Source: Octopus sinensis (taxonomy: Eukaryota). Taken from it: DNA of 64,000 nt. The translations under genes and the position numbers were made by a program. The notes below the pieces were generated by a model. The model was not told the origin of the DNA and made no database searches. It saw only the letters and a program-made list of their open reading frames with translations. Of this stretch, positions 27,075-40,700 are shown in pieces (position 1 is the stretch's first letter; each line of letters begins with the position of its first letter). The stretch covers positions 124,434,001-124,498,000 of the forward strand of contig NC_042998.1 of the NCBI RefSeq assembly GCF_006345805.1, given 5' to 3'.

Positions 27075-27800
27075 CAGAGGGTGTCCCAAAAGTCACTGAG
27101 GGGTTTTAATTTTTAATGACTCCCTTATCCTTATTTTTACGAATGGGTATGAACTTTAATTCAATATAGAGGAGATAATAGAGCTTAATGTGCATCAGTC
27201 TTTTTTCCTCATACCTCTGCATCGCATATGAAAAATGACATCTTCATACATCCATACCCTACCCAAAATATTTTCTATGAGAGCTGAAAGGATTTGATTT
27301 CAAGGTCCAACTCCATGATTTCTGTAGTGATACTCCCCTTCAGTTGTCCCGGGGTTTCTGGTGTGTTGACATAAATCTTCTCCTTGAGTTACCCCAACAA
27401 GTCACGGCTGGTCAAGTCTGGGGTACGCGATGGCAGTAGCGAGAGATGATTCTGTCTATAAAATATTACCTCAGAAATTTTATTATCTCTCTTGTGGTAT
27501 GAGCAGTTATCTCATCTTGCTGAAACCACATATCCGGCCTATTTTGAATGGCCGGGTGCAAAGAGTTCTCGATCACAGTGACAGCATTCCCATCATTGTC
27601 CTCAAAGAAATAAGGCCCAATTAACTCATCTACCGTGATTATACACCATACTATACACTTTATGAGGGCAATTCTCTTTGGTGCTCTCTGAGTTTGAATA
27701 ATTGAGCCCTGATTTCGATAGAATAATTTCTCTACTTGGATATGTTGTGCGGTGTTAAATTTTACCGTAATTAATTTCTAGAACCTAGTCCATAAAATTT
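27075..27800 (-). mobile_element. Tc1/mariner remnant, 3' part
   Basis: TA|CAGAGGGTGTCCCAAAAGTCAC terminus. Minus strand PSRTPDLTSRDLLG*LKEKIYV (WPPRSPDLTP.DF.LWG.LK.KVY-like). Confidence 0.75.
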
Positions 27801-27879
27801 CTGGAAAGAAACAAAGGTCAAAAAATAAAAGAATTCTCAAAGATTGCAACCCCTAAGTTACTTTTAGCCCAGAGAATGA

Positions 27880-28075
<196 letters not shown>

Positions 28076-29629
28076 CACAGTAAGAAGAGATACAAACATA
28101 CCCTCACACACATACACACGCCCAAACACACTCACACACATACACACATACATGTATGTATGTATGTATTTTACAAATTAAGACATATATAAATAATTAT
28201 GGATGTATATACTTACGCATGATTATAAATGTGAGTTACAAATTTTATCTAGAATCTTTGCTACGTTTTCGCTATTATTTATCCAGCACAAGCGAGACAA
28301 TCGCTAATAGTTCCCAGACGAACCAGAATCAAATGAATGAAATAATGGCAGAATTATTCTGAAATTTACTATTTTAACTCTGAAATCAAAGGAATTTTAT
28401 TAGTTGATTCTGCCTGAATGTGTATTGATTTTTTCCAATATATCTTGCTTGTTGATCCTAAACTATCTTTTCTCAGAAAATTATTATTTCTCATTTTTTT
28501 CTAATTTCAGTCGTTTTATCTGTTTCTCTATGTTCCTTTTTTATTTTTTATATAATTAAATGCTCATGTATTCATTGATTCTCACATATAGATATTCACG
28601 CACACATACGAACGCATACACACATAAACGCTTGTGCAGGCAAGCTCACTCAGTCAGAGAACCATTAAGCCATAATCACACAAAGTATGTATTGGTGATG
28701 CAAAAGCCCAAACGCACGCACACATACAGCATACGTACATATCTACGTGTGTGTATGTGTTCATCTGTGTGACTTTATCTAAAGTAATGTTCCTATAATA
28801 CATTATATTCCCGCCTCATCTTTTTGCGCATTACATGAATTGGCTCCTATGCATTCATATATATACACACAAGCATGCATGTATGTATATATACATACAT
28901 AAATACACACACACATACCCTCATATATATGTATGAATATGTATATATATATATATATATATTAAGGTATGTAGAAAAATACAACATGGACAAGAACGTA
29001 TAACTCTTAGAAGACGATACAATAAACACGGACAGGACATTCGAAACCCTCAGTCTTCAGTCAAGAACCGGATCATCGTAGTAATTTCGGCTGATTAATC
29101 TTGAGATTACTAGATCACGGCCAGCCCTCCAAGAAAAACTAAGCAACGAGCATTAGAAAAACTAAGCTGGGAGCGTAGATTTCCTGGAAGAAGGATCGAA
29201 TGCATACGGACACCAGGACAGCAAAAGGGACGAATATAAAAAACAAAAAAATAATGGAATACAGAAACATGAAATACAGAAGCATTAACGGTGAAAACAA
29301 CAACAAGTGTCTTACGACTGATAACAAGCAAACAAATTTTTTCTCTGGCGCAAGGAAAGGAGCCTTATCGGCGATGCCTATAGCGGCGGACGAAAAACAA
29401 CGATGTTAACACGACGCTGGTCAGAAGCTGAAAGGCAGATTTCGGCCAGCAGTCACGTGACAGAGGAGAGAGAAAAGAAAAGAAAGAGAAGCAGCGGAAG
29501 AGAGAGAGAGAGGAGGGACAAACGCAACAAAGAGAGAGAAGAGAGAGAAAGAAGGAATCAGAGAGGAGAAGGGATGGGTGTCGAAGATTGACCTGTGAGT
29601 GCAGAGCGAGACAAAGAATTAGGAGGGTA

Positions 29630-29717
<88 letters not shown>

Positions 29718-30337
29718 ATGTGTGTATGTATGTATATACGCCATGTAAAATATACTTCTTTTTATGTAAATATATAGTTTTGTCTCTCTGAGAATAAAGT
29801 CTGTACTGCACAGTTCGTAATTTTTATATTTTGGGTGTAGAAATTTGTAATCAAACTGAGAAGTTTCTAATTTCGCTAGCATCGGAATGGAGTATGCTCA
29901 ATAAAGAGGTTAGTTAGTCATTTTTGGCTATCTATTGTTTATATAAATATAGGTTTAGTATTAGTTTTATTTTGATAACAGTGCAAGCGCTGAAAATATG
30001 ATTAATTAGTTAATAGCTCAGTGTAGAGCTTTTTTTGGATAATTAATTACTATCAGATTTAATGCTTTCATAAACATACAAAATGATTCCTAAATGATAA
30101 ACAGGGGGCGATAAAAGAAATCGTCTTCCTATATTTTGTACCAGAAGACGGGATTGAATCAGACCCACTTTTCTAATCTAAGTTCCATTCTCCTAACAAT
30201 TTGCTACTGAATGTGGTATTCCTACTGACAATCTAGTTAATTAACTAAGTAATAATGCATTACAATAATAATAATATATCAAACCATTTTTCTTGGTTAA
30301 TTTGTAATGAAACTTTAGTTGTATATTTTACTAATAA

Positions 30338-32434
30338 CACTGGCCAACAAGTTCTCAATTTTTTTCTACTGACCTATGACACCTGTTTTGAGGAAATTTT
30401 GAGTAACTGAGTTTAAAAATGTCAATTGTTTATTTTCTATCATGTCTAGTTTTTTTCTATGGCCTGACTCATATTTGCCTCACCCGTAGCTCCATGTTTG
30501 AAATGTTTGAATTCCCCTGATTCTTTTTTATATACGTAGGTGTTTTACAGTACCAAGTCAAAGTATGAACGTTAGTGACATTACGAAAAAGTCCTACTTG
30601 GCTTACTCAAGGATTAAAGTTGGTGATCAGGATAAATCGTGGGCCCGCACAACGTATGTAAACCCTACGTCGAAAATGTACGACAATGGACAAAGGGCAC
30701 AAGAAAACAACTAACATTTGGCATTCCTATGATATAGGGGTACCAAAGAACCATGTAAGCGATTGCTATTTTTATCTCAAAAAGATTTCAAGAGAACGTA
30801 ACTGAAAATAAGTCACCCAAATCTGGATTCAGCAATTCATCCTGTGCTGCACTCAGATGGAATACCACTACCTGCTTTCAAAGATTTAACTTCACTGCAA
30901 GATGAAAGTGATATATGGGGTGAAGTAGATGTAAATCATAAACATGACAGCGATATAGACTTTGTAGGAACATCAACCAAAGAACGTGAAAACTTCAACC
31001 AGGCAGAACTTAATGGTTTAGCTAAAACTTAGGACTGTCAAAAGAGTTACCAGAACTGTTAGCTTCTAAGCTTAAAGAGAATTTGTTGCAGAAAGAAACA
31101 AACGTGACTTTTTATCAGAACAATTAAAAAGATCCCTTGGCATTCTTTACAACGGCGGGAAAAGATTTTGTTTACTGTTGTGACTTGGCGGGACTGTTAA
31201 ACGAGATGAGTGCTGATTAGTGTGATCCTAGTGAATGGAGACTCTTTATAGACAGTTTAAAGAAGTATCTATAATGTGTATTACTCAATAATAGAAACTT
31301 GTTTAGTGCGCTTTTTATTGGTCACTCTGTGCTTTTCGAAGAGAATTGTGATCACATAAAAGTTGTATTAGATTTACTTAGGAATAATGAACACAAATGG
31401 GTCGTTGCACATGTGGATCTAAAACTGGTCAACTTTTCAGTTGGCCAACAAGGAGGGTATATAAAATATCCATGTTTCCTGTGTTTATAGGATAGCCAAG
31501 CGAGAAACAAATATTGGGAGCAGAAACTCTGGCCAGTCAGGAAAAGTTTGACTGTTGAGCAGAAGAATATCATAAACCAACCACTTGTTGAGCGAGAGAA
31601 AATTATCTTTCCACCCCTTTTTGTTAAACAAGGACTAGTGAAGTAATTTGTCAAAGCCCTTAATGTGGAAGGTAACTGTTTCAAAATCATAGATACATTT
31701 CCTGGCCTAAGTTATGATAAAATAACGGCTGGTGTTTGAGATTGGCCACAAATCAAAAAGTTAACGAAATGCCTGAATTTTTCGAGTTTGATGGCTGACA
31801 TAGAAAAGCGAACATGGGATTCATTTGTGACTGTTGTGAAAGGATCGGGCGGAGAGTGAAAAAGCTGCAAACTACAAGGATTTGGTGGAGACATTACTTG
31901 ATAGCTCTCATCTTTTAGGCAGCAACATGAGCATAAAGCTTCATTTCCTCAATAGTCATCTCGACGAATTTCCTGAAAATCTCGGAGACGTGAGCGATGA
32001 GCATGGTGAGCGTTTTATATCAAACAATCAAGATTATGGAGGAGAGATATCAAGGCCAATGGAATACTGTTGGAGCATTCAAAGAGACTGTGTAAAGAGG
32101 GAATATTGCACATGCTCTCGCAAGCGAAAATTTGTTCCATGAATATGAAGGTGTATGTATGAGGGTTTATCCATTATGTTAGAAACTTAACAGTATGGAT
32201 TTAGTAAAAGGTGACGCTGTCTTACATTTCATATTCTATTGACGTTTATAACTTATGGTTTGAAGCTATAAGACTTAGTAAACTACCCTGACCAAGAAAA
32301 TTATTTATACAGTACATCATGGCATAGGGGTAGGATGTGTCAGAAAAAAATGGATGCTATGTTTGAAATCAACATCTCAAAATTAAGTAAAAACAGTCAC
32401 AAAGCCGAAGTCAGCAAAACGTGTATTGACCAGT
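30338..32434 (+). mobile_element. Full-length but decayed Chapaev3-type (CMC superfamily) DNA transposon with TAA target duplication
   Basis: TAA|CACTGGCCAACA...TGTATTGACCAGTG|TAA. Transposase motifs GDQDKSWA, VRQWTKG..LTFGIPMI, NHVSDCYF, AIHPVLHSDGIPLP, VDLKLVNF..GQQGGYIKYPCFLCL*DSQA, IIFPPL..KQGLVK and SNMSIKLHFLNSHLDEFPENLGDVSDEHGERF. Many stops and frameshifts. Confidence 0.8.
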
Positions 32435-33314
32435 GTAATCTTATCAATTTATGCAGGAGCGCAGCAGTTTGGATATTGAACCTCTTTTGACAACAATTCT
32501 TTCTGACATTGGAGACTACCATTCGCATGTGCGCTGAATTATGCTCATGCAGAGAAAGAGAGAGGATGACATAAAGAAAGAGGAGGCAGAGACACTATTA
32601 ATATAAACACTTTCTCTTTCGTATACATAAAAAAATATGCTAGTATATGAAAACAGAGAGTGAGAAAGACAGAGAGAGTCAGTCAGTCAGTTAGTCAGTC
32701 AGACAGACAGAGACAAAGAGATACAAAGAGATAAAGAACGAGTGGAATATTGAAATAACCGATGTCAAAAAAGTCAGCATCGAAACAGCGACGTCAATTA
32801 GTCCGCGGCAAAATAGCTGTGCCGTCTCATAACCATATTAACACCGTTGAGAATAGTTAATAATGTGATTAAACAGCAACTTTGCCTTATTCTCCAAGCT
32901 CAGTGTCGTTATTTTTTCATTTATTTACACCTGTATTAGTGAAAGAATATTCATCGTCTGCTTATTAGTTACTTAAAGAATTATAGTGCATACGAATACA
33001 GTTGAACTGGTCTCTCTAATTTGTATCAAAGTGTCTGTATCAATAACCTAGTTAATTAAATAATTAATAATACATGACCGTGTATAAAGATAATTTGATA
33101 GAGGGCACGGACACACACACCGTCTTACGCCCATACACACGCACACATATGTCCCCTATTAAGATAAATTACATTATGTTATGGTGTATATTACTATTTC
33201 TGGAACGAGTATATGTACGATCTATTATAGAGCTAATGTTGTGTGTTGACGGGAGATCTCTTTGTTATATGAGAATTAAGTGCTCAAAGTAAATGCAGTA
33301 TGCAATTCTCGGCC

Positions 33315-33620
33315 ATATACATCCATCCCATCCCACCCTCACCCCATCTCTTACACCCACTCCCACATACCTCACCTCTATCCCCACCCTCAGTCTAACC
33401 CACATCACACCATTGCTTTCCCCAATCTCGCCTCCTCCACATCCCAACACCACCACAACATACCGCACAACACCATATCACATCACACCACCACCCACAC
33501 ACTAGAACTGTCCAGTTCCCAGCCCCACGCCATCATCCAAACATCTACACATGCACAGACGCACACGTCAATGTCACCAGCCTTGTTCCATATGCACATA
33601 CATGCTCTCTTATACACACG
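33315..33620. repeat. C/A-rich low-complexity tract (G-rich on the minus strand)
   Basis: CATCCC/CACCC/CACCAC degenerate units. Confidence 0.8.
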
Positions 33621-33896
33621 CACGTGCACTTTCGTTTTGGGATCACCACTACTTTATTATCTCCCCTTCTATGCAACTCTCCTTTGTGACACCTCTGTCC
33701 TGTATTCTCCATGATAGATCGCTAGCCACTAGACATTCTTTATTTTCTCTCCTTGTTTCTTTCTGTGTTCCTTTCTGTGGAAGGGCATAGGCTCGAAGCG
33801 TTAAAGACTTTTTCATTTCCCGAGCGTTAAACTAATATACCTATTTGTTGTCTACACCACCTGTCTTCGTCTTTTTTTTTGTGAATTCTCCCCATA

Positions 33897-34220
33897 TGCA
33901 TACATACACACATACATACATACATACATACATACATACATACATACATACATACATACATGCATACATAAAACTTTCCAGAAGTTTATCATTTAAATAT
34001 ATAAGAGAATGTCTAGATACGCAACTATATGCATGATAATACATATATAAAACATACATATCTGCACAAACATATATACATACATACATACATACATGCA
34101 TGCATACATACATACATACATACATACATACATACATACATACATACATACTACATACATACATACACACATACATACATGCATGCATACATACATGCAT
34201 ACATACGTACATACATACAT
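33897..34220. repeat. (CATA)n microsatellite clusters
   Basis: Direct reading. Confidence 0.95.
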
Positions 34221-34369
34221 ACGAACAAAAATACCTGTTGTTGATGTTGAAATTCCAATGAAGGAGCCTTGGATCTAGGTTAGAAACCGGCTCTTTCTCT
34301 ATTGGTAAGAAGTCTTGAAATAGAACTGAATGACATACATACATGCAAAGATACGTAAATTTGTGTGTT

Positions 34370-34423
<54 letters not shown>

Positions 34424-35099
34424 TTACATGAAGTTGAATACATGTTCGGTCATGGAGTCACAATTGATTTCACATTCATAAAGCGCTTAGCGTTATAGAT
34501 GACGGGTGGGCATATAACCTCTCTTCAGACTAGAGGTAGAAAACCGTTACGGTCAGGTACTTTTCAACCAAAAGAATAATATACACTGTGTGAGGCTTCA
34601 AAAGAGACCGGTTATCTCCCTGACCCCCGTCCGGTTGGCAAATGGTAAGCATCTAAATGGAGAAGTGAGAATCTCCGCCCTTAGGCTGGTTTCGCACTGC
34701 AAGCACTTTTTACATCCCTAATCGATGAACGGGGAGTAGCGTTTGAAATGTGGGCTGGGGCTATAGATCTTATGTCTTGAGATTAAGAGATATCTCGTGT
34801 CCAGTGAGTGTTTAAGCATCTCTGCCTGCTCTGCTATGAAAGGCTTGCATCGCCGCTACCGTTTATATAACTTCATAAATAAATGAAATGTGGGATCATA
34901 GGGTAACCGGGGTCCTATATAACAGGAGAGGATGATGCAAGCTTTACGGAAGTCTTGTCACTTTTGATTGCTTTCAATTGATTCTTGGCGGCATTATAGT
35001 GAATTCTTAGGACAACATTGTGCTCCATGATGTAATGCAATCTCCTGTGTGGAGATGATATTACATCATAGGTGACTTGAAGGAAGTAATTCAACCGCA

Positions 35100-35600
35100 A
35101 TGTGCTATACCTTCAGATTCCATCCCAACCCACCTTCCTTTCAGTTAACCCTCTTACTCGCTTGGTCATCTGACCTTGTTGAGGGAATTGAATTAAATGG
35201 AGTTCCCTTTTCTCTGCTTCTTTAACTTTACCTAAGCTACTGATGGTGGTGCTGCACACCTTCCGTGCCATCGTCTAAAATAGTTTAACTGGATTGCAAC
35301 CGATCACATTTCGGTCATTTGGAATTGTTCTCACTATATCCTGGTGTTCCAGTGATGCTATTATGTTATCAGAATCTTTCTGTGTGAACCATTTTCATGC
35401 AGTTGTGACATTTGGCGGAATGTCCCGTATTTCTACGTCTTCAGAATTTCTCAGTATCATGACCGTTCGCATCCTTCCAACTTCGTAGAACTCAACAATT
35501 GATTTTAGAGATAGTTGAAGAAACTTTCTTCTTCGAGAGCAATTGCCCTGCTTCTACTGCAACTGTATAACGAAATGGTGACCAAGTACTTTGTCTTACG
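35100..35600 (-). mobile_element. Possible LINE ORF1 (RRM-like) relic
   Basis: Minus strand ..VMILRNSEDVEIRDIPPNVTTA*KWF resembles the V.I.DIPP.V RRM strand of L1/Tx1-type ORF1 proteins. Weak. Confidence 0.3.
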
Positions 35601-36039
35601 GAACCGAATAAAATCCGGTAGACACAATAAGTTTTACTAATAAATATTGAAAACAATCGAAAATTTTCAGTTGTTAGCAGATGTTTACAAAAGGTTGCTT
35701 ACGTTTAATCGGTTCTTATTCGAAGATATCACATCAGCTAATCATGTTTTGTTTCTCAGCATACATAAGCTACACCTAATATCCGCCTTACATTATTTAA
35801 TATTTAATGACTTACTATAAGAAAGATTTGTTAATTATTTAAATGAAAATTCTCCATGAAAAATTAGAGGAAAGTTAGACTTTTATCCTCCTATCAGGTA
35901 CTTACAATGAATGAATGACAAGATATGGCGGTGGTGCACTATCCCGGTGATTGATAACAGTAACACGTAACATTATAATCAAAGATGCGAGTTTTACATC
36001 CTGTATAGCAATTCTCATGACCAAAATATGAACATTTAC

Positions 36040-36310
36040 ATGGCTACGGATTCAGTCCCACTACGAGGCATCCTGGACAAGTGTCTTCTACTATAGCCTC
36101 AGGTCGACCAAAGACTTGTGAGTGGATCTGGTAGACGGAAACTGAAAGAAACCCGTCATAAATATATATATATATATGTGATGTATGTATGTATGTATAT
36201 GTGTGTGTGTTTGTCACCCCGCCATCGCTTGAAACCGGGGCCGATTTGTTCGACTAAAGGCAGTGCTCCAGCAAGGCCGCAGTCAAATGACTGAAATAAA
36301 TAAAAGAATA
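36040..36310 (+). mobile_element. SINE family B, 5'-truncated and internally deleted
   Basis: TTCAGTCCCACTACGAGGCATCCTGGACAAGTGTCTTCTACTATAGCC ... CAAATGACTGAAATAAATAAAAGAAT. Confidence 0.8.
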
Positions 36311-36354
36311 AACTACGCTCTTGATCAAAAAGAAGGTATAACTTATTTCATTAC

Positions 36355-36490
36355 TACCCACAAGAGGCTAAACATAGAGGGGACAAACAAGGACAGACAA
36401 AGGGATTAAGTGAATTACATCGACCCTAGTGCGTAACTGGTACGTATTTAATCGACCCCGAAAAGATGAAAGACAAAGTCGACCTCGGCA
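36355..36490 (-). mobile_element. SINE family A, 3' half
   Basis: Reverse complement of the core and tail of the copy at 2281-2512. Confidence 0.8.
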
Positions 36491-36600
36491 CATGCAAAAG
36501 TAACAATCAGAGATATGATTGGTTGGCTCACACCATACCATTGGTAAGAAGATATAACTGAAATGTGGTACCTGTATAACACAATTTATATATGATAAAT
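36491..36600 (-). mobile_element. Second Chapaev-type transposase fragment
   Basis: LPMVWCEPTNHISDCYFCM corresponds to the IPMI..PKNHVSDCYF motif of the 30338 element. Confidence 0.65.
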
Positions 36601-37545
36601 TCATAGTTTCCTACTTTATCTCAGTGTTCTGTCACAATATTGTATTCACATGCACAGATTCATACATTCCCCAGCAAAGTCACTTTAAAGTATATTTCAA
36701 TTAGTGTACGATAAAACATACTGAACTTGGTTTTTCTACAAAATATATTTGTTAATTAGAAGCTTATGTGAAAGTACGTCTTTTACTCCGGCAAAATACG
36801 TGAGGTTTGCATTTGATTCTTCAGGGGTCTATAAAATAAAGCATTTGCCGATTTAATTTACTGCCGTTCAGTAGTAACGTGCAGTTAACTTGCATGGTTC
36901 GATACAAACCAAATTTCGCCCCATCTTACAGCTCAGATGATAGGTGCAGTCAAACTGCACTACCATGATCAATATTATTTATCTGTAGCACACTACATAC
37001 TACTGTCAGTACAACAGAGAAACACACCTATACACACAGACACCTCTCTCTCTCCCTCTCTCACTCCTTTCTCTTTTTCTATTGCTAACGCTTTCTCCTT
37101 CCCTCTCGCTGGAACTGGGCTTCATTTAAAGGGATGACTCTAAAGGTGAAAAAGAATTTCGCAACAAATTTAGTTATTGGTCGACTTATGGATTGGAATG
37201 TCAATAAAGGAAGCAATAAACAGAGCTAAATGATCGAGTTCTATAAGCACCGTAACGAAAGGTTATAGATACTATCAGGTAACGCATTGTATATTTAATG
37301 TGTCTCTCCCTCAAATTGTCCCATTAGGCAATGTAAAATCTCATTATAGTTAATTATATTCAAATTTATCAATTCTGCTCTAGAGACAAAATGTTTTATG
37401 AGGTCTATCCAAATCTATGGGAATTATAGGTATAAGTATTGAGATTTTATGGGATTTGCCGCAATCCCTATAAGATATATGGAGTACTTTTCCTTTTACA
37501 AGCATATTTATACACACACAAACATACAAATATATATACACACAC

Positions 37546-37580
<35 letters not shown>

Positions 37581-38218
37581 TGTATGTATGAATGTAAGTA
37601 TGTATGTATGTATACATATATAGTAAAGTGTAATTTTAATTATCTACGTGGTAGTAGTTACGATGAAACGGCGTACGAAATGTCCAGTTTTATATTCTGA
37701 GTTCAAATCCCACTAAGATCAGCTTTGCCTAAGGTTCATTTGGATTCAATTATATAAAGTGCCAGTAAATGATAAGGCCGATTCAATCGAAGAACACTGT
37801 TCAGTCTTGTATATTTGTGATAAAGACGTATGATTACTACCACACTAATTTAGTAGATAATATGTTTGTGTTAAGGTTTTATGTCTGAATTTTCATTTTG
37901 TATTATTGTTAAATAGAGCAACATTAGTAATATTAGTATTCCAGCGATGATCCTAATGTCTAAAAGTCTTTTATTTCTTCTTCTTATGCTGTGAGTCCCA
38001 ATACTATCATATTCAACTTTATCAAATATTCTGCGTTAATAAATTAAGTACCAGACATATAACTGCTCAAAAGAATCGGTTATACATTGCATCAACAATG
38101 TACCTGTGAAAGATATTCATGGCGCACTACAGTGTTAAATAACATAAACACACACATAAGCACTTACACACACATATGTATGTATGTACTTACGTACGTA
38201 CGTACGTACGTATGTATG

Positions 38219-38290
<72 letters not shown>

Positions 38291-38339
38291 CTCAGCTTAG
38301 ATAATAGCATCACCTCATAAGTTACGAAATGTTTCAGTT

Positions 38340-38720
38340 TTCGTTTGAAGATGATGGGATGTTTTTATTCGTTGATTTGTTCTAGGGTAATGTTAAATTG
38401 AACAGGGTCTATTAAGGAAAAGAAATTGGGTTGCAATAAACTTATGTGTTGTAAGCCTGAATTGTGTAGGGTGCGTACGGCACGTGGTCCTCAGCCTTAG
38501 ATGAATTCAGAATATGATTCTGAATTTAGAGAATGCTGTTGGTATATTCTCGATATTGTGCAAATGATGTAGCGTTTATGGTGGCTGTGGAGAAAATAAG
38601 TTTCGATGTTTAAGGCGATACCAATAATTATTGGTATCGCCTTAAACATCGCGATAATGTTGTCACCATGTAGTCCATAGTCCCGGATATTATAGGATGC
38701 TGTGTATAGTTTACCTAAAA
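38340..38720 (-). mobile_element. Penelope-like RT relic
   Basis: Minus strand DYGLHGDNIIAMFK (GLYRDDGL-like) and a downstream HK..IIC.ISR....ALHNSG segment, resembling the thumb region. Confidence 0.45.
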
Positions 38721-39049
38721 AACGAGGATAATCAAGACGTTTGGTTTTTAGTCAATTTTCATTATGTTTTGCTTGGTGTGGGGAGACCACCGGGGTCAGC
38801 AGCATTATGTGTGTAGTCATACAAAGGAGGAAGAAGGGAAAGGATAACAGCTCGGTCTCTGGACCGGAAAGTCCTGACAATTTATAACATCGAATTTATA
38901 GTTGACGTGAGTACTCCAGCTGCGATTGTTGTCAACATTTACTCCATATTTCCGAATATTATAGGATACTGTGTATAGTTTCCCTAAAGGAAGAGAATGT
39001 GTTTATTTGAACGCATTCCTTTTTCAAATATTCCTTCATTTAACCGCAT

Positions 39050-39700
39050 ATTTTTTTGTTCTCCAATTGGATTACAACACGTAGGTCAACCTAGAGTTCA
39101 GGTTGGTTTTCTTCATTGATAATTTTCTGAAGCTTGGTGTCATCTGCGAATATCTTTATTTTGTTATGTTTGGTTACGTTTGTGTTGTCGTTTATATAGA
39201 TTATAGAGAGAATCGTACCTTATCTGTCGGCGAGAGGACACCACTGCTTGCCTTGAGTAGATTCCAGCGATCACATGTTGTGTTCTATTCACCAGGGAAT
39301 ACTTCATCCAGCGCAGCAGTTAATCATGGATTCCAATATTGGACAATTTTAACCGTGGGATATGTCCGACTTTGTCGAACGCTTAGCTGAAGTCAAGATT
39401 CATGATATCAGAGTTCAAACCTGACACCAAAGTTTTAAGAACATCATCAATGTGATGTATCAAACAGCCCCTAGTGCAGCGAAAGCCATGCTGGTTGGAA
39501 CTTTTCACAGTAAAAACTTGTCCTGATTTAGATTTGTAAGTTGTTTCCGCAATAGGGTTCTCAAGAATTCCAAAATTGGATCGGCCATACTTTTTAGCTG
39601 TTGGAGTTGAATCTGTAATTGCTTGGTTCGCGTTGGTAAGTAGCATTTTGGTTGCCTGTTGCATTTGATTATTTTGTACGATTCAAATGCCTTTTTCATT
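39050..39700 (-). mobile_element. CR1/L2-like LINE RT fragment
   Basis: SNQHGFR, HHIDDVLKTL, DIMNLDFS*AFDKV and IYINDN..IKIFADDTKLQK motifs. Confidence 0.75.
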
Positions 39701-39779
39701 ATTGGGTCTTAGCTCAATAACGGTTTGTTCTGATCGATAATGCTGAATGTTTTTATGTTTTGGGGTTGTGTGTTGTAAT

Positions 39780-40700
39780 TAAAAATACACTTGGGGGTTT
39801 ATCTAAACTGTCATCAATTTTTCATCTTTTTCGGTGTGTGTGCATTTCCTATTACATCAAAGTCTATTGATCTGTCGCGTTCTATTCCATTCTATATTAG
39901 AGTAGACGAGTATTTTCGCTCAATGAGTCTTTTATTCTGACTATCTGGATTGGAGACGATTGTTTGGATTCTTCTAGTTAGACTAAATGGCATATTCGAT
40001 TTGGTATATTTTGGGTGGCATAAAAAATAGTAAATATTGTGTAGAATCCGTTAGATTGTAGTGGTTGCCAGTTTCTATTTTCATGACATTCTTAATGATT
40101 AAAATGTCTAAGATAGATAGTTGGTTATGGCTAAATTTCATGATGAACGAAATACTGTTATTGATGCTATTTAGTAGGGGTTTGAAATCATTAAGATCGT
40201 CTAGAATAAGGCAGTCATCTGAGTACCATTTTCAATTTTTCACCAGAGGTTTTGAAAGGTGACACTGTACTTTGTTTTTTAGCTTGTTTATACATTTGGG
40301 CTTCCATGACTAAGCGTATTGTCGGACAACTTTTGTACCCATCGCAGTTCTAGATATTTGTTGGTTGGTGTTTTTTTTTATCGAAAATGAAGTTGTCTTG
40401 AAGGATAAATTTTAATCTCTGTGATGAATTCGGTGTCGCATTACTTCATGGAACTTTTTAGCTCGGAAGCTCGTGCCTCTAGTTTGTACGGCTGTGGGAT
40501 GACAGCGTAAAGTTTATTACTTCAAATGAAACGATTATCGTATCAACTTTTATCGGATGATGGCTTAATATATCTAAGTCATCTCTTATGAAACTTGGTA
40601 TAAGTTTTAAGAAAGATTTTAACAGTATGTCAAGAAAGTTGCTAAGTTCGTGAGTTTCACTTGTCGGGCCTTCCACAATCGCTCTTAATTTAAAATCACC
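39780..40700 (-). mobile_element. Penelope-like RT fragment
   Basis: EGPTSETHELSNFLDILLKSFLKLIPSFIRDDLDILSH..IVSFEV and LLNSINNSISFIMK...LSILDILIIK..TDSTQYLLF. Confidence 0.75.

Noticed and set aside
29030-29070. Minus-strand CTGAAGA...GAAT GTC
   Set aside because: GAAA is replaced by GAAT, and there is no stem II pairing or stem III.
34470-34540. Minus-strand CTGAAGA with a GTTATA/TATAAC stem
   Set aside because: No GAAA at the base of the stem; not a functional hammerhead as written.
36870-36915. GGTTCGATAC B-box-like motif
   Set aside because: No cloverleaf or A box; not a tRNA.
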